Counted from the first letter of the stretch, positions 25,126 to 38,613 are shown. The stretch: DNA of 64,000 nucleotides from Octopus sinensis (GCF_006345805.1 NC_043023.1:9982001-10046000); one strand, 5' to 3'. Program-made: numbers and translations. The notes: generated by a model not told the origin, from the letters alone.

Positions 25126-25771
25126 ATGATGCTTATAAACAAACAAAACTGTTTGGGTTTGATATACAAAATATAAATGCATGCATATATGTAAATAGTG
25201 GGAAAGAAAGAACTGGAAAATTTCAGACAATGAATATTTAAGTATAAACATTTAGATATTTCTGTACCAACAGAGCAAACTTACAGTACAAAGATAGAAA
25301 ATTAAAGGGGAGAAGGTACAGTGTTATAAGTTCAATTGCCCTTTCTGGGGGCTTGGAGTTACTCCACTGCGTTCACCAAAATATGCAATCAGTAATGGAA
25401 GTAAATAAACTTTGGACAGATCCAGCCTCCATCTTCAGAGATGAGAGATAAAAGTCTAATCTAGATCTGGCTTGTTTTTGTTTTGTTTTTTTGTTTTTTT
25501 GTTTTTGGTTGTTGTTTTTTTTTGTTTTTTCTTTAATTGCTAGTAATTAGCTGAATATTGTTAATCAAACTGAAAAAGATGCTCAAAGGTGTTCTCAGTC
25601 ACTGCTGTGGGAAGAATGATACAATATCTCGGTCTAGATAATATCTTTTATTTATTTTTTTTTGTACTTTCACTATCATTATCATCATCATCCTCATCAT
25701 TCAGCATCCGCTTTCCATACTGCCATGGGCTGGATACGGTTTGACATGGAGCTGTTTACACTCCAAATGTT

Positions 25772-26439
25772 TGTTATGACATGGGTGTATGACGTTCGTT
25801 GAAGAGAGAAGACGTGTTTCAACGTGTTATAAGCCTATTCTCCTGTCTCAGACACTTGGGATGTGACCGGCTCTGTTGCTGCTGGAGTTTTTGTGAGGTT
25901 TATCTTTACAAATATTTAACTTCAGTCTTGCTGTACCTACACCAAGTGGTTACCAATTTACCAATGTGTCTTCTTTATGTAAATAACGAAATAAAGTGTC
26001 ATATTTTCTAAGGTTGCTTTCTTGTTCCTGACGCCGGTAGTTTTTGGAAACAAAGAAGGAAATTGTGTTGCACCCAAACAGGGCAAAAGACCCAACCTGT
26101 TCCAGACAGTTCCTTTACAGTGGTGACCCCGAGTCTCGTGTTTCAACGTGTTATCAGCCTATTCTCCTGTCCCCGACACTTGGGATGTGACCGGCTCTGT
26201 TGCTGCTGGAGTTGTGAGGTTTATCTTTACAAATGTTCAACTTCAGTCTTGCTGTACCTACACCAAGTGGTTACCAATTTACCAACGTGTCTTCTTTATG
26301 TAAATAACGAAATAAAGTGTCATATTTTCTAAGGTTGCTTCTTGTTCCTGACGCCGGTAGTTTTTGGAAACAAAGAAGGAAATTGTGTTGCACCCAAACA
26401 GGGCAAAAGACCCAACCTGTTCCAGACAGTTCCTTTACA
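25772..26439 (+). mobile_element. LTR retrotransposon remnant: LTR, tRNA-Trp-type PBS, then a 5'-truncated second LTR
   Basis: TGTTATGAC...AATAAA...CCTTTACA (26119), then G-TGGTGACCCCGA (26121-26132, complementary to the tRNA-Trp 3' end). A ~300-bp direct repeat ends CCTTTACA at 26439. Confidence 0.75.
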
Positions 26440-26929
26440 GGTGTGTTTACACAGCACCAGCTCAGGTGCTTTCTATGTGGCACTTACACCTGAAAGGACA
26501 CACCTGTATGGTGGAAAACAAAGATTTTACTTAGCTTGTTACATCTTATGAAGTATACTTCTGAAAAAAATCATTTACCAGAAGTCGGGCATGGCTGTGT
26601 GGTTAGGGAGCTTGCATCCTAGCTATGTGGTTTCGGGTTCAGTCCCACTGCGTGGCACTTTGGGCAAGTGTCTTCTACTGTAGCCCCGAGTCGACCGAAG
26701 CTTTGTGATTGAATTCGGCAGGCGGAAGTTACTGCCGTGTGTGTATATGTGCGTGTAGGTGCTTGTGCCTCTCCGAAAGAGAGAGAGGGATCACAGTGGT
26801 GTGAGGGCGCAATGGCCCAATGGTTAGGGTAGCAGACTCGCAGTTGTAGGATCATGGTTTCAATTCCCAGACCGGTCGTTGTGAGTGTTTATTGAGCAAA
26901 AACACCTAAAAACACTGAAGGCGATGAGC

Positions 26930-27150
26930 TGGCAGAAACGTTAGCACGCCGGGCGAAATGCTTAGTGGTATTTCGTCTGTCGTTACGTTCCGAGTTCAAA
27001 TTCCGCCAAGGTCGACTTTGCCTTTCATCCTTTCGGGGTCGATAAATCAAGTACCAGTTACGCACTGGGGTCGATGTAATCAACTTAATCACTCTGTCTG
27101 TCCTTGTTTGTCCCCTCTATGTTTAGCCCCTTGTGGGTAGTAACGAAATA
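26930..27150 (+). mobile_element. SINE family 1 monomer
   Basis: Head GGCGATGAGCTGGCAGAAACGTTAGC, B box GAGTTCAAATTCC, family tail. Confidence 0.88.
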
Positions 27151-27151
27151 T

Positions 27152-27752
27152 ATATATAGCCCAGTGATTAGGGCAGTGGACTCACGGTTGTAGGATCGCG
27201 ATTTCGATTCCCAGACCGGGCGTTGTGAGTGTTTATTGAGCGAAAACACCTAAAGCTCCACAAGGCTCCGGCAGGTGGGGGTGGCGATCCCTACTGTACT
27301 CTTTTGCCGCAACTTTCTCTCTCTCTTTCTTCTGTTGGCCTGCTCACTTAGCCACGGGGTGGTGGCGTCATTTGAAGGCTAAAACAATGCGAAGCGCATT
27401 GTGACCAGCGATGTGTAGCAACATCTGATAGCCTGGTCGGTCACGTGAAGATGATGATGATATATATATAGCCCAGTGGTTAGGGCAGCAGACTCGTGGT
27501 TGTAGGATTGCGGTTTCAATTCCCAGACCGGTCGTTGTGAGTGTTTATTGAGCGAAAACACCTAAAGCTCCATGAGGCTCCTGCAGGTGGGGGTGGCGAT
27601 CCCTGCTGTACTCTTTCACCACAACTTTCTCTCTCTCTTTCTTCTGTTGGCCTGCTCACTTAGCCAGCGGGGTGGCGTCATTTGAAGGCTAAAACAATGC
27701 GAAGCGCATTGTGACAGCGATGTGTAGCAACATCTGATAGCCTGGTCGGTCA
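27152..27752 (+). mobile_element. Tandem pair of SINE family 3b; its 3' end provides the ZNF stop codon
   Basis: Two ~295-bp near-identical units ending GCCTGGTCGGTCAC. TCA at 27750-27752 is the TGA of the minus-strand ORF. Confidence 0.85.
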
Positions 27753-29114
27753 CAGTGATATTTGCGATGAAGTTTCCTGTATGTGACGATATTCGTGTCC
27801 TGTCAACTGATATTTATATAAGAATGATTCACCACAGGTATTGCAATGATATGTCTTCTCCCCTGTATGAATCCGTTTGTGTACATGTAAGTTACCTTTT
27901 TGAGAGAATGATTTTCCACAGACATCACAGTAATATGGCCTCTCAAATGTATGATCTGATTTCTGAAATTTTAAACTTTTCAAAGAGAATGGCTTATCAC
28001 AGATATCACAATGAAACGGTTTCTCTTCTGGGTGGGTATCTTTGTGTCTTCTTAAATCACTTGCTTGAAAAAATGATTCATAACAGATATTGCATTGGTA
28101 TGGCATCTCTCCACTATGAGTGGATTCGTGAATTTTGAAATGATGTTCCTGAGAAAACAATAAACCACAAATATCACAATGAAATGGCTTCTCTCCTGTA
28201 TGAATACATTTGTGACTAATTAATAGGCGAGAATCAGAAAACGATCTGTCACAGATGTCACAACGATATGGTTTTTCTGTATCAGTACACTGGTGTTCAT
28301 TTAGAAGGCCAATTTCACAGAATGATTTACCACAGGTAACACAGCCGTAGGGTTTCTCTTTTGAGTGAGTTTCTATGTGACTCCTTAATTGATAACTTTG
28401 AGAGAATGATATACCACAGATATCACAGACATATGGCTTCTCTCCTGTATGAATATGTTTGTGACTAATTAATAGGCAAGAATCAGAAAACGATCTGTCA
28501 CAGATGTCACAACGATATGGTTTTTCTGTATCAGTACACTGGTGTTCATTAGAAGGCCAATTTCACAGAATGATTTACCACAGGTAACACAGCCGTAGGG
28601 TTCTCTTTTGAGTGAGTTCTATGTGACTCCTTAATTGATAACTTTGAGAGAATGACATACCACAGATATCACAGACATATGGCTTCTCTCCTGTATGAAT
28701 ACGCTTATGAGTTCGTAAGTGTTGCCTTTGAGAGAACTCTGCCCGACAGATGTTACAACAATATCGCTTCTCCCCTTTATGAATGGGTCTGTGTTTAGTT
28801 AATTGGACAGAATTGGAGAAGGATTTACCACAGATATCACAACAAAGTCGTTTGTGTCTAGCTAAGGCACCTTTCAGAGAGAACGACTTTCCACATGTGT
28901 CGCAATGGTATGGCTTCTCTCCTGAATGAATACGGCTGTGAGAAACTAAGTTCTCTTCCTGGACGAATGATATGCCACAGATTTTGCAGAGAAACGGTTT
29001 CTGTGTTGCATGAATAATTTTATGGATAGTTAACTCCTGTTGATGAGAGAATACTTTATTACAAATGTCACACAGAAATGGTGAATCTGTTATCGCATTC
29101 AGCATCTCTTCCAT
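27750..29114 (-). CDS. C2H2 zinc-finger gene (~16 fingers, ~455 aa if repaired), interrupted by three 1-nt deletions at 28549-28620
   Basis: ORFs 28575-29114 and 27750-28160 share a frame, and I read no stops from 28499 to 27753. The 252-bp duplicate at 28189-28440 shows the undeleted sequence. Confidence 0.75.
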
Positions 29115-29600
29115 TATAATTTACCCTTTTTATGACCTTCACATTAATTTCTCATCACAATATTCACATAGCTTTCTTGTTTTTGCTTATATGTTATATT
29201 TGTTACAAATATCGGATCTGTTCTGTTTGAACGGCAGTTTTTTCTAGCCGTGTCATATGAAATTGTCACCCATAATTATGACCCTAGTATCGATAAAGGG
29301 CCTGATGGAGAAATGATCATTATGCCAATGTCATCTGATATTCTGAAATAAAAGAGAAAGAAAATGGTAAGATATAGAAGATACTTAAACAGCAGAGACA
29401 CAACAGTGGACATTATATTACTTTTCTATAATAATAATATAGACACAGAAATGGTTATGTGGTTAAGAAGTTCCCTTTCTGGTCACGTGGTTTCAGGTTC
29501 AGTCCCACTGCATGGCACCTTGAGTGTCTTCTAATTTAGACCCAGAACAACCAGAACCTTGTGAGTGGATTTGTTAGATCAAAACTGAAAGCAGCTTGTG

Positions 29601-30525
29601 GGATATTTTCCTTTTGAAGGCCAGATTTCAACACAATTTCTAGTTAACTAAACACTTTAAAACTTCATATACTGGTAGACTGTGTCAAAAGAAAACATTA
29701 TTTCTACTTGGCTTTCTTGATAAATTTGTAATTCGCTTGTTTAACGCAGTTTCATTTTTCGAATTTTAACCAATGAATCGCCTCTATTTGAGCTGAAATC
29801 ATTTGCTGCGTCTAAAAACTGAGACAACATCCTGTAACTAACCCTAACCCTCACCCTCCCCCAAAACCTAACCCTAAATTTTTTTTTCTTAATTGTTAAA
29901 TTAATTTAATTGTTACGCGTGTAAAAAAAACTAAAGCAATGGAAAATAATTTAAACAATTAACATACAAAATAATTCTATAATTTTTATACACACGCTTT
30001 CCGTACATATACAGAAAGCGTGTGTTACAGAAAGCGTGTGTATAAAATTATAGAATTATTTTGTATGTTAATTGTTTAAATTATTTTCCATTGCTTTAGT
30101 TTTTTTTACACGCGTAACAATTAAATTAATTAACAATTAAGAAAAAAAAATTTAGGGTTAGGGTTAGGGGGAGGGAGAGGGTTAGTTACAGGATGTTGTC
30201 TCAGTTTTAGACGCAGCAAATGATTTTAGCTCAAAAGAGAGCATAGGATTGGTTAAAATTCGAAAAATTAAACTATGTTGAACAAACGAATTACAAATTT
30301 ATCAAGAAAGCCAAGAGAAAAAAATGTTTTATTTTGACACATTCTACCAGTATACGAAGTTTAAACGTGTTTAGTTAACTAGAAATTGTGTTGAAAACTG
30401 CCGTTCAAAAGGAAAAGATCCAAAAAATGTTTTATTTTGACACATTCTACCCAGTAAACGATGTTTAAAAGTGTTTAGTTAACTAGAAATTGTGTTGAAA
30501 TCTGGCCTTCAAAAGGAAAAGATCC
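29601..30525. mobile_element. Foldback element (~820-bp palindrome plus a repeated right end), GGATC...GATCC family
   Basis: Arms mirror around ~30010, ends at 30421 and 30525. Flanks CAGCTTGT(G) at 29592-29600 and CAGCTTGT(T) at 30526-30534 give an 8-9 bp TSD. Confidence 0.85.
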
Positions 30526-30629
30526 CAGCTTGTTCTGCCTAGGCCATGTAAGAGTACCCATGTGGTGTAACATAAAGGCACCTGTGTGATATCATGTAAA
30601 AGTACTTGAGCAGTGCCATATATAAAGTG

Positions 30630-31000
30630 CCCTAAAAAGGTAAACTGTATGACGCATGTGTGTGAACAGCCATGCTACATGGCAGTGAAACATGGGCCAT
30701 GACTGCTAAGGACATGCGTTGGCTTGCAAGAAATGAAGCTAATATGCTCTGCTGGATGTGTAATGCCAGTGTGCATAATGTCAGAGTGTAAGCGCCCTGA
30801 GAGAAAAGTTGGACATAAGAAGCATCAAATGTGGTGTGCAAGAGAGACGACTGCACTGGTATGGTTATGTGTTGTGTATGGATGAGGACAGCTATGTGAA
30901 AAAGTGTCACACCCTAGCAGTAGAGGGAACCTGTGGAAGAGGTAGACCCAGGAAGACCTGAGATGAGGTGGTGAAGCACGACCTTTGAATATTGGGTCTC
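30630..31000 (+). pseudogene. RTE-clade LINE reverse transcriptase C-terminal fragment
   Basis: Reads, with frameshifts, TAMLHGSETWAMT...RRLHWYGYV...VEGTCGRGRPRKT*DEVVKHDL. Confidence 0.85.
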
Positions 31001-31635
31001 ATGCACGTAAAAAGCACCATCTGAATGTGGCTGATGCCAGCGCCGCCTTGACTGGCTTCTGTGCCAGTGGCACGTAAAAAGCACCATCCGTCCATGGCCG
31101 TTGCCAGCCTCGCCTGGCACCTGTGCCGGTGGCACATAAAAAGCACCATCCGAATTGTGGCCGATGCCAGCGCTACCTTGAGTGGCCTCCGTGCCGGTGG
31201 CACGTAAAATGCACCAATCCGATCATGGCCGTTGCCAGCCTCGCCTTGCACCTGTGCAAGTGGCACGTAAAAAGCACCCACTACACTCATGGAGTGGTTG
31301 GCGTTAGGAAGGGCATCCAGCTGTAGAAACACTGCCAGATCAGACTGGAGCCTGGTGCAGCCTTCTGGCTTCCCAGACCCCGATTGAACCATCCAACCCA
31401 TGCTAGCATGGAAAACGGACGTTAAACGATGATGATGATGATGATGATGCAGGTGATGATGAGTTTCCAAGACCTTTGGAGATAAGTTGTGCTTGAGAAG
31501 ACCCAGCAAGCCAAGTGAAACCATAGCTGTGGCCTATGCCAGTGTACAATAACTGGCCCTTTAAGGGTACCCTTCAATCATTGGGCAATAAACTGTGCTT
31601 CTGAAGACCTGTTGAGTCAAGTGAAGTCGTTGTTG

Positions 31636-32788
31636 TGGCCAATGCGTGTCACCTTGGGCAAGTGTCTTCTGCTATAGCCCCAGGCCGACCAAAGCCTTGT
31701 GAGTGGATTTGGTAGACGGAAACTGAAAGAAGCCCGTCGTATATATGTATATATATATATATATGTATGTGTGTGTATATGTTTGTGTGTTTGTGTTTGT
31801 CCCCCCAACATTGCTTGATAACCGATGGTGGTGTGTTTGCATCCCTGTAACTTAGCGGTTCATCAAAAGAGACCGAGGCTTACAAAGAATAAGTCCTGGG
31901 GTCGATTTGCTCGACTAAAGGCGGTGCTCCAGCATGGCAACAGTCAAATGACTGAAACAAGTGGATGGAAGCACTCTGTCGGTTACGATGATGAGGGTTC
32001 CGGTTGATCCGAATCAACGGAACAGCCTGCTCGGGAAATTAACGTGTAAGTGGCTGAGCACTCCACAGACACATGCACCCTTAACGTAGTTCTCGGGGAT
32101 ATTCAGCGTGACACAGAGAGTGACAAGGCCGGCCCTTTGAAATACAGGTACAACAGAAACAGGAAGTAAGAGTGAGAGAAAGTTGTGGTGAAAGAGTACA
32201 GCAGGGATCACCACCATCCCCTGCCGGAGCCTCATAGAGCTTTTAGGTGTTTTCGCTTAATAAACACTCACAACGCCCGGTCTGGGAATCGAAACCGCGA
32301 TCCTATGACTGCAAGTCCGCTGCCCTAACCACTGGGCCATTGCACCTTCACACTGAAACAAGTAAGTAAAGTAAAGTAAAGAGTAGCCAAAGACACTTGT
32401 TGTCAGGTATTGTCATGTTGGAAAACTACCCCTTTCCTGTTGGCAATCTCTGGCCTTGATTCTTTGAATTTTTTGTTCAAATTAGCCAGCTGACGACACT
32501 ACACACCAGAATTAATGGTCTGGTTTTGTGAGAGAAGCTCATAAAAAATAATGCCTTTATGATCCCACCAAACACAAAGCGTAGCTTTTTTTAGCATGGA
32601 TACTCTCTTTTACTCTTTTACTTGTTTCAGTCATGTGACTGTGGCCATGCTGGAGCACCACCTTTAGTCAATCAAATCAACCCCAGGACTTATTCTTTGT
32701 AAGCCCAGTACTTATTTTATTGGTCTCTTTTATTGGACATAAACACACCAGCATCGGTTGTCAAACAATGCTAGGGGGACAAACACAG

Positions 32789-32837
<49 letters not shown>

Positions 32838-35800
32838 TACGACGGGCTTTTTTTTAGTTTCCGTCTACCAAATCCACTCACAAGGCTTTGGTCAGCCCGA
32901 GGCTATAGTAGAAGACACTTACCCAAGGTGCTATGCAGTGGAACTGAACCCGGCACCATGTGGTTCGTAAACAAGCTAATTACTACACAGCCACTATTCA
33001 TCTTTGGTTGCTGTTTTGGGAAATCCTTATGCAAACTTCAGAATTTTTATTACACTATAATAATAATGAAATTATTGTATACAGTGACACAGGAGTGGCT
33101 GTGTGGTAAGTAGCTTGTTTACCAACCACATGGTTCTGGGTTCAGTCCCACTGCGTGGCACCTTGGGCAAGTGTCTTCTACATATAGCCTCAGGCCGACT
33201 AAAGCCTTGTGAGTGGATTTGGTAGATGGAAACTGAAAGAAGCCTCTCGTATATATGTATATATATATATATATTGATGTATGTGTATGAGTTTGTCCAC
33301 CTAGCATTGCTTGACAACCGATACTGGTGTGTTTATGTCCCCGTTAATTAGCGGTTCGGCAAAAGAGACTGATAGAATAAGTACTGGGCTTACAAAGAAT
33401 AAGTCGGGGTCGAGTTGCTCAATTAAAGGCGGTGATCCATCATGGCCGCAGTCAAATGACTGAAACAAGTAAAAGATTACTTAGTTTAAAAAATTATTTA
33501 CTTTGCATTTTATTTACTCTGTTTGAAAAATATTTAATTCGTTGATCCTACAAGTTGTTGGATCAACTACTTACGACCAGCTAGCGCGGATGCGCTAGTA
33601 CACGCACCGGGACCACCATTCGCTAGTAGTACCTGAAACTGCATTAGCCCCCTCTGGAGCAACTGTTAAATCTCTCGTTTCTGGCTCGAATCCAACCCCA
33701 GAAAACGGAAATGTTCTTTAGCGGTTCGGCAAAAGAGACCGATAGAATAAGTACTGGGCTTACAAAGAATAAGTCCTGGGGTCGATTTGATTCGACTAAA
33801 GGCAGTGCTCCAGCTTGGCCGCAGTCAAAATGACTGAAACAAGTAAAAGAGAAAGAGAAAGAGTGCTCAAGTGCACCAGAACATGTTTTTGTACACAGTC
33901 CATTTTTCATCTCCGGTCACCGGTTGTTTCAAAAAGGCATGCTTTCATCCCTTTTCAAGAGTATATCACAAACAGAATCCCAGTCCAAGCAATTCTTTTC
34001 CGAGAGATTGTGGGGGACCCATACATTATTATAGTGAGAATGAGTTTTCTGCAATTTTTGCCTTCAAAACATCTTCATCCAATTTTGAAGGTCTTCCACT
34101 GCGACTGTCATCTTCCAAGCTAAACTCTCTCTCTTACTCTTTTTAATTGTTTCAGTCATTTGACTGCGGCCATGCTGGAGCACCGCCTTTAATCGAGCAA
34201 CTCGACCCCCGGGACTTATTCTTTTGTAAACCCAGTACTTATTCTAACGGTCTCTTTTGCCGAACTGCTTAGTGACGGGGACATAAACACACCAGCATCG
34301 GTTGTCAAGCGATGCTAGGGGACAAACACAGACACACAAACACACACACACACACACGCATATATATATATATATATGGGCTTCTTTCAGTTTCCGTCTA
34401 CCAAATCCACTCACAAAGCTTTGGTTGGCCCGAGGCTATAGCAGAAGACACTTGCCCAAGGTGCCACGCAGTGGGACTGAACCTGGAACCATGTGGTTGG
34501 TAAACAAGCTACTTACCACACAGCCACTCCTGCGCCTAGGCTTTAAATTTTGCAAACTACCTTTGAACAGTTGATTCCCTACACCATAAACTTCACAAAT
34601 GTTTTTGCAAGTCTTTGCATGGGAATTCTTATGATTATGCAAAAAAAAAGGGCGATTTAGCTGTTATTTTTAGCAATCCCACGACCACCTGATACATTCT
34701 TAGTTTCTTTGTCACCCTGACATGTATTGATTTTTGACAAGACTTCCGCCCATCCCTGCCATAAACCACCCTTAAAAAAATTTTCGTCACTACCCCCCAC
34801 TTTTCGGGGAATACGAATCTGCAAAACAATTGGCAAAAATCAACATTTCTAAATCCCCCCCCCCCCCCATTTCCTTCGTTTTTAACCTTTTTCACAATTT
34901 TTTTTTCAAAATATGCAAAACAATACGGAGATTATAATTCTGAAAAAATTTTCCAAAAATCGTTGTAAAATTTTTTTTAGAATTTTTTTTTTTTCTAAGT
35001 ATGCGGAAAAATACGGACATCATGATTCGGACAAAAATTTCAAAACATTCTGTACTTACGGGTACGCTTTTAGGGTTACGGTTAGGGTTTTAGGGTTAGG
35101 GTTAGGGTTTTAGGGTTAGGGTGTTAGGGTTTTAGGGTTAGGGTTTTAGGGTTAGGTTTGGGTTTAGGGTTAGGGTTTTAGGGTTTTAGGGTTAGGTTTT
35201 AGGGTTAGGGTTTTAGGGTTGGGTTTTAGGGTTAGTGTTGGGAAAAAAGTCAAAATTGAAGATGTTGGTGGGGAAAGGCAGGGAAATTTTTCCCAATGTC
35301 GAACCTCCATATCCGAAAACAGGGATTTTTGGCAAAAATAATTACTAAAATAAAAAAATTAGGGAGAAAATGGGGGGACGGGCATAAGTCTTTCCAGATT
35401 TTTTGGCAGATTTTTCTCCCTATAATTATTTAATGGAATGATCATGCCCCGCCAAGGGTGGTCCAGCGCTGGGATTCAAGCAATAAAGTCTGACTGATTT
35501 TTAAAAAACTTTGAAAAACAGTAGATTTATTGGGTGGGGTAAGCGATGTTGGGGGGACAAACACAGACACACAAACACACACACACACACATATATATAT
35601 ACATATATACGACGGGCTTCTTTCAGTTTCCGTCTACCAAATCCACTCACAAGGCTTTGGTCGGCCCGAGGCTATAGTAGAAGACACTTGCTCAAGGTGC
35701 CACGCAGTGGGACTGAACCCGGAACTTTTACTCCTTTACTTGTTTCAGTCATTTGACTGAGGCCATGCTGGAGCACAGCCTTTAATCGACCCCGGTTTAT

Positions 35801-36235
35801 GGTGTAGGGAATCAACTGTTCAAAGGTGGTTTGCAAAATTTAAAGCTTGAGGTGCAGGAGTGGCTGTGTGGTAAGTAGCTTGTTTACCAACCACATGGTT
35901 CCAGTTCAGTCCCACTGCATGGCACCTTGGGCAAGTGTCTTCTACTATAGCCTCAGGCCGACCAAAGCCTTGTGAGTGGATTTGGTAGACGGAAACTGAA
36001 AGAAGCCTGCCGTATATAGGCAAAGGAGTGGCTGTGTGTGGTAAGTAGCTTGTTTACCAACCACATGGTTCCGGATTCAGTCCCACTGCGTGGCACCTTG
36101 GGCAAGTGTCTTCTACTATAGCCTCAGGCCGACCAAAGCCTTGTGAGTGGATTTGGTAGACGGAAACTGAAAGAAGCCTGTCGTATATAGGCAAAGGAGT
36201 GGCTGTGTGGTAAGTAGCTTGTTTACCAACCACAA
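31636..36235. mobile_element. Dense cluster of SINE family 2 copies
   Basis: Copies at ~31636-31962 (+), 32605-32997 (-), 33089-33477 (+), 33715-33862 (+), 34128-34538 (-), 35540-35790 (-), and three tandem heads at 35850-36235 (+). Confidence 0.85.
35068..35236 (+). repeat. Interstitial telomere-like (TTAGGG/TTTTAGGG)n tract
   Basis: Direct reading: TTTTAGGGTTAGGGTTAGGGTTTTAGGG..., about 170 bp. Confidence 0.85.
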
Positions 36236-36849
36236 GTCTGACTGATTTTTAAAAAATTGAAAAACAGTAGAACTAATAGGATTTATTGGGTGGGGTAAAC
36301 AATTTTTTTTTTCTAATTTCTCATAATCGTATAAATACCCATGTGTAGAACATAAATTCACAAAAGTTTTCTGAAAACTCCAGAAACCTTTTCAAAAAAT
36401 TAAGTGAGACTTATAAGGAGTACTTAAAGCAGAACTTTTCGCCAATTTCAGAAAATGGGATAGAATAAAAATAAGAGGGGAATTAATGTTTTTGTTTATT
36501 TGTTAGTTTTTTTTTGGGGGGGGGGATGTCGTGAAAAGTTTGAGTTATTTTTTAGGGCGTTGTGCAAAAAAAAAAATAAAAGTGGGTGAGATATTCTGAA
36601 AATCATTAATTACCCAAAACTGAATAAATAATTTTTTTTTTAATTTTTTAAAATTAAAAAAAAAAAAAACTTACTCGTATTTCAGAAAATGGGATAGAAT
36701 AAAAATAAGAGGGAGGGGAATTAGTGTTTTTGTTTATTTGGGGGGGGAGGGAGGGGGAGGGGGGGTCGTGAAAAGTTTGAGTTATTTTTTAGGGCGTTGT
36801 GCAAAAAAAAAAGTAAAAGTGATTGAGATATTCTGAAACTCCGTCAAAT

Positions 36850-37725
36850 CATTAATTACCCACAGCTGAATAAATAATTAATTTTTTTCTTTTTTAATTA
36901 AAAAAAAAAAAACTTACTCGTATTCCTCTACAATTTTCTCATCTCTGTTTTTCATCGCCAATGTTTCTCTACTCGTGTTAACTCTTTCATTTCCTGGTTT
37001 AATTTGGTTCAAACGCAACTCAAGATTCACAAAAGATATTAAAAAACCTGACTAGGAGTTAAACGAAACGTAGAAACATCCAGTAGTTGTTACCTGGGTT
37101 TCCCCGACCCTATTTTTATTTACTTTTATATTTCCTTTCGAGAAATAAGTTGAAAAATGAATAAATATTATTTGTTCTTCAAAGAAAATCAGAAAAAGTT
37201 CATATGTGAGAACACCAAATTGTATTTTACGGTCCGACATTGTGCCAAGTCTATCAAATATAGAAGATATAAAAAAAATATTTACACAACTCCGAGTATA
37301 AAAACAATGTTTGTTTTTATACTTAAGATAATTTTTTTGTATTTAAATACTACTTTCATACACCACATCACGCAGTTTACGATGTACGGAGGAAAAATTG
37401 CATTCCGCTTGTCGTATTTCCGAGTCGACATTTCTAGATTTCTATTGTCAATTTGTGACCTGGTTGGATGGGCATTTAGCGTAATTAATACGGCAAATTT
37501 AATACGGTTTGTGCAGCAATAACAGGTAAGATATATATTATATATCATTTCGTAAAAGTAAGGTGAACATCGGCAATTGTAAACCTTTTGATGTTGCTGA
37601 TCAAAGATCGATATTAATTGCGTTGTCCTGCACTGATTGTCTGAAGTTGGTAATTAAACGGATTTAATTAATTACAAAGCAAATTAACAATATATTTATT
37701 ATTCTAGATCGTTCTCTGAACTACC
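36850..37725 (+). promoter_or_regulatory. Conserved upstream non-coding exon/promoter block of the 46950 ZNF, with splice donor at 37526
   Basis: Homologous to 15500-16370; GCAATAACAG|GTAAGATA. Confidence 0.65.
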
Positions 37726-38242
37726 ATCCATGATTGTATCGTAATCTCTTAATGAACAGACAATAATAAAACAGTAAACACTTTCCATTGTTACACCATC
37801 AAAACATTAATTATTATTTAATTATTTGGATATTAATTAATATAGACAAGGTGTCGTCGAAAATCCCGGTTCCCTCGTTACATATCGCTCTTTGACATTC
37901 CATATATGCCCAACAGTAGTGAATTATAGTTAATACAACAGGTACTCGTGAAAATATATTGAAGAAAAATATATTTAAAATAAAACTACACACAAATAAT
38001 ATTATTACGATCGTTAGAACATGGTAGTAATCTTGTAGAATGGAGTCGGAAATTATCTTGGGGGTAGGGCCTTGAAGAATTTTTAGTCGAATGAATAGAC
38101 CTCGCTACTTTTTCTTTTCTTTTTTTTTTTTTTATGCTGGTATTTATACTATCGGTTTTCTTTTGCCGAACCGTTAAGTTACGGGGATGTAAACACACCA
38201 TCTCCAGTTGTCAAGCGGTGGTTGGGGGACAAACAAAGACAT

Positions 38243-38565
38243 GATAGATGGATGGACGGACAGACAGACAGACAGACAGATAGATAGATAGATAGATAGA
38301 TAGATAGGTAAATAGATAGATAGGTAAATAGATAGATAGGTAAATAGATAGATAGATAGATAGATAGGTAGATAGATAGATAAAGATATAGATAGATAGA
38401 TATAGATAGATAGGTAGATAGATAGATTGACAGATATAGATAGATAGATAGATAGATAGGTAGGTAAATAGATAGACAGATAGATAGATAGACAGATAGA
38501 TAGACAGATAGATAGATAGACAGATAGATAGACAGATAGATAGATAGACAGATAGATAGATAGAC

Positions 38566-38600
<35 letters not shown>

Positions 38601-38613
38601 AAGAAAGAAAGAA
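38243..38613 (+). repeat. (GATA)n/(GACA)n microsatellite, ~370 bp, inside a SINE family 2 copy (38135-38778, -)
   Basis: Direct reading. It occupies the position of the family's internal microsatellite. Confidence 0.97.

Noticed and set aside
33530-33712. GC-richer stretch with small hairpins and weak tRNA-like GGCTCGAATCC
   Set aside because: No coherent cloverleaf, ORF or second copy in the window; unsupported.
35068-35236. True chromosome end
   Set aside because: The tract is short, degenerate and internal, with genes on both sides.
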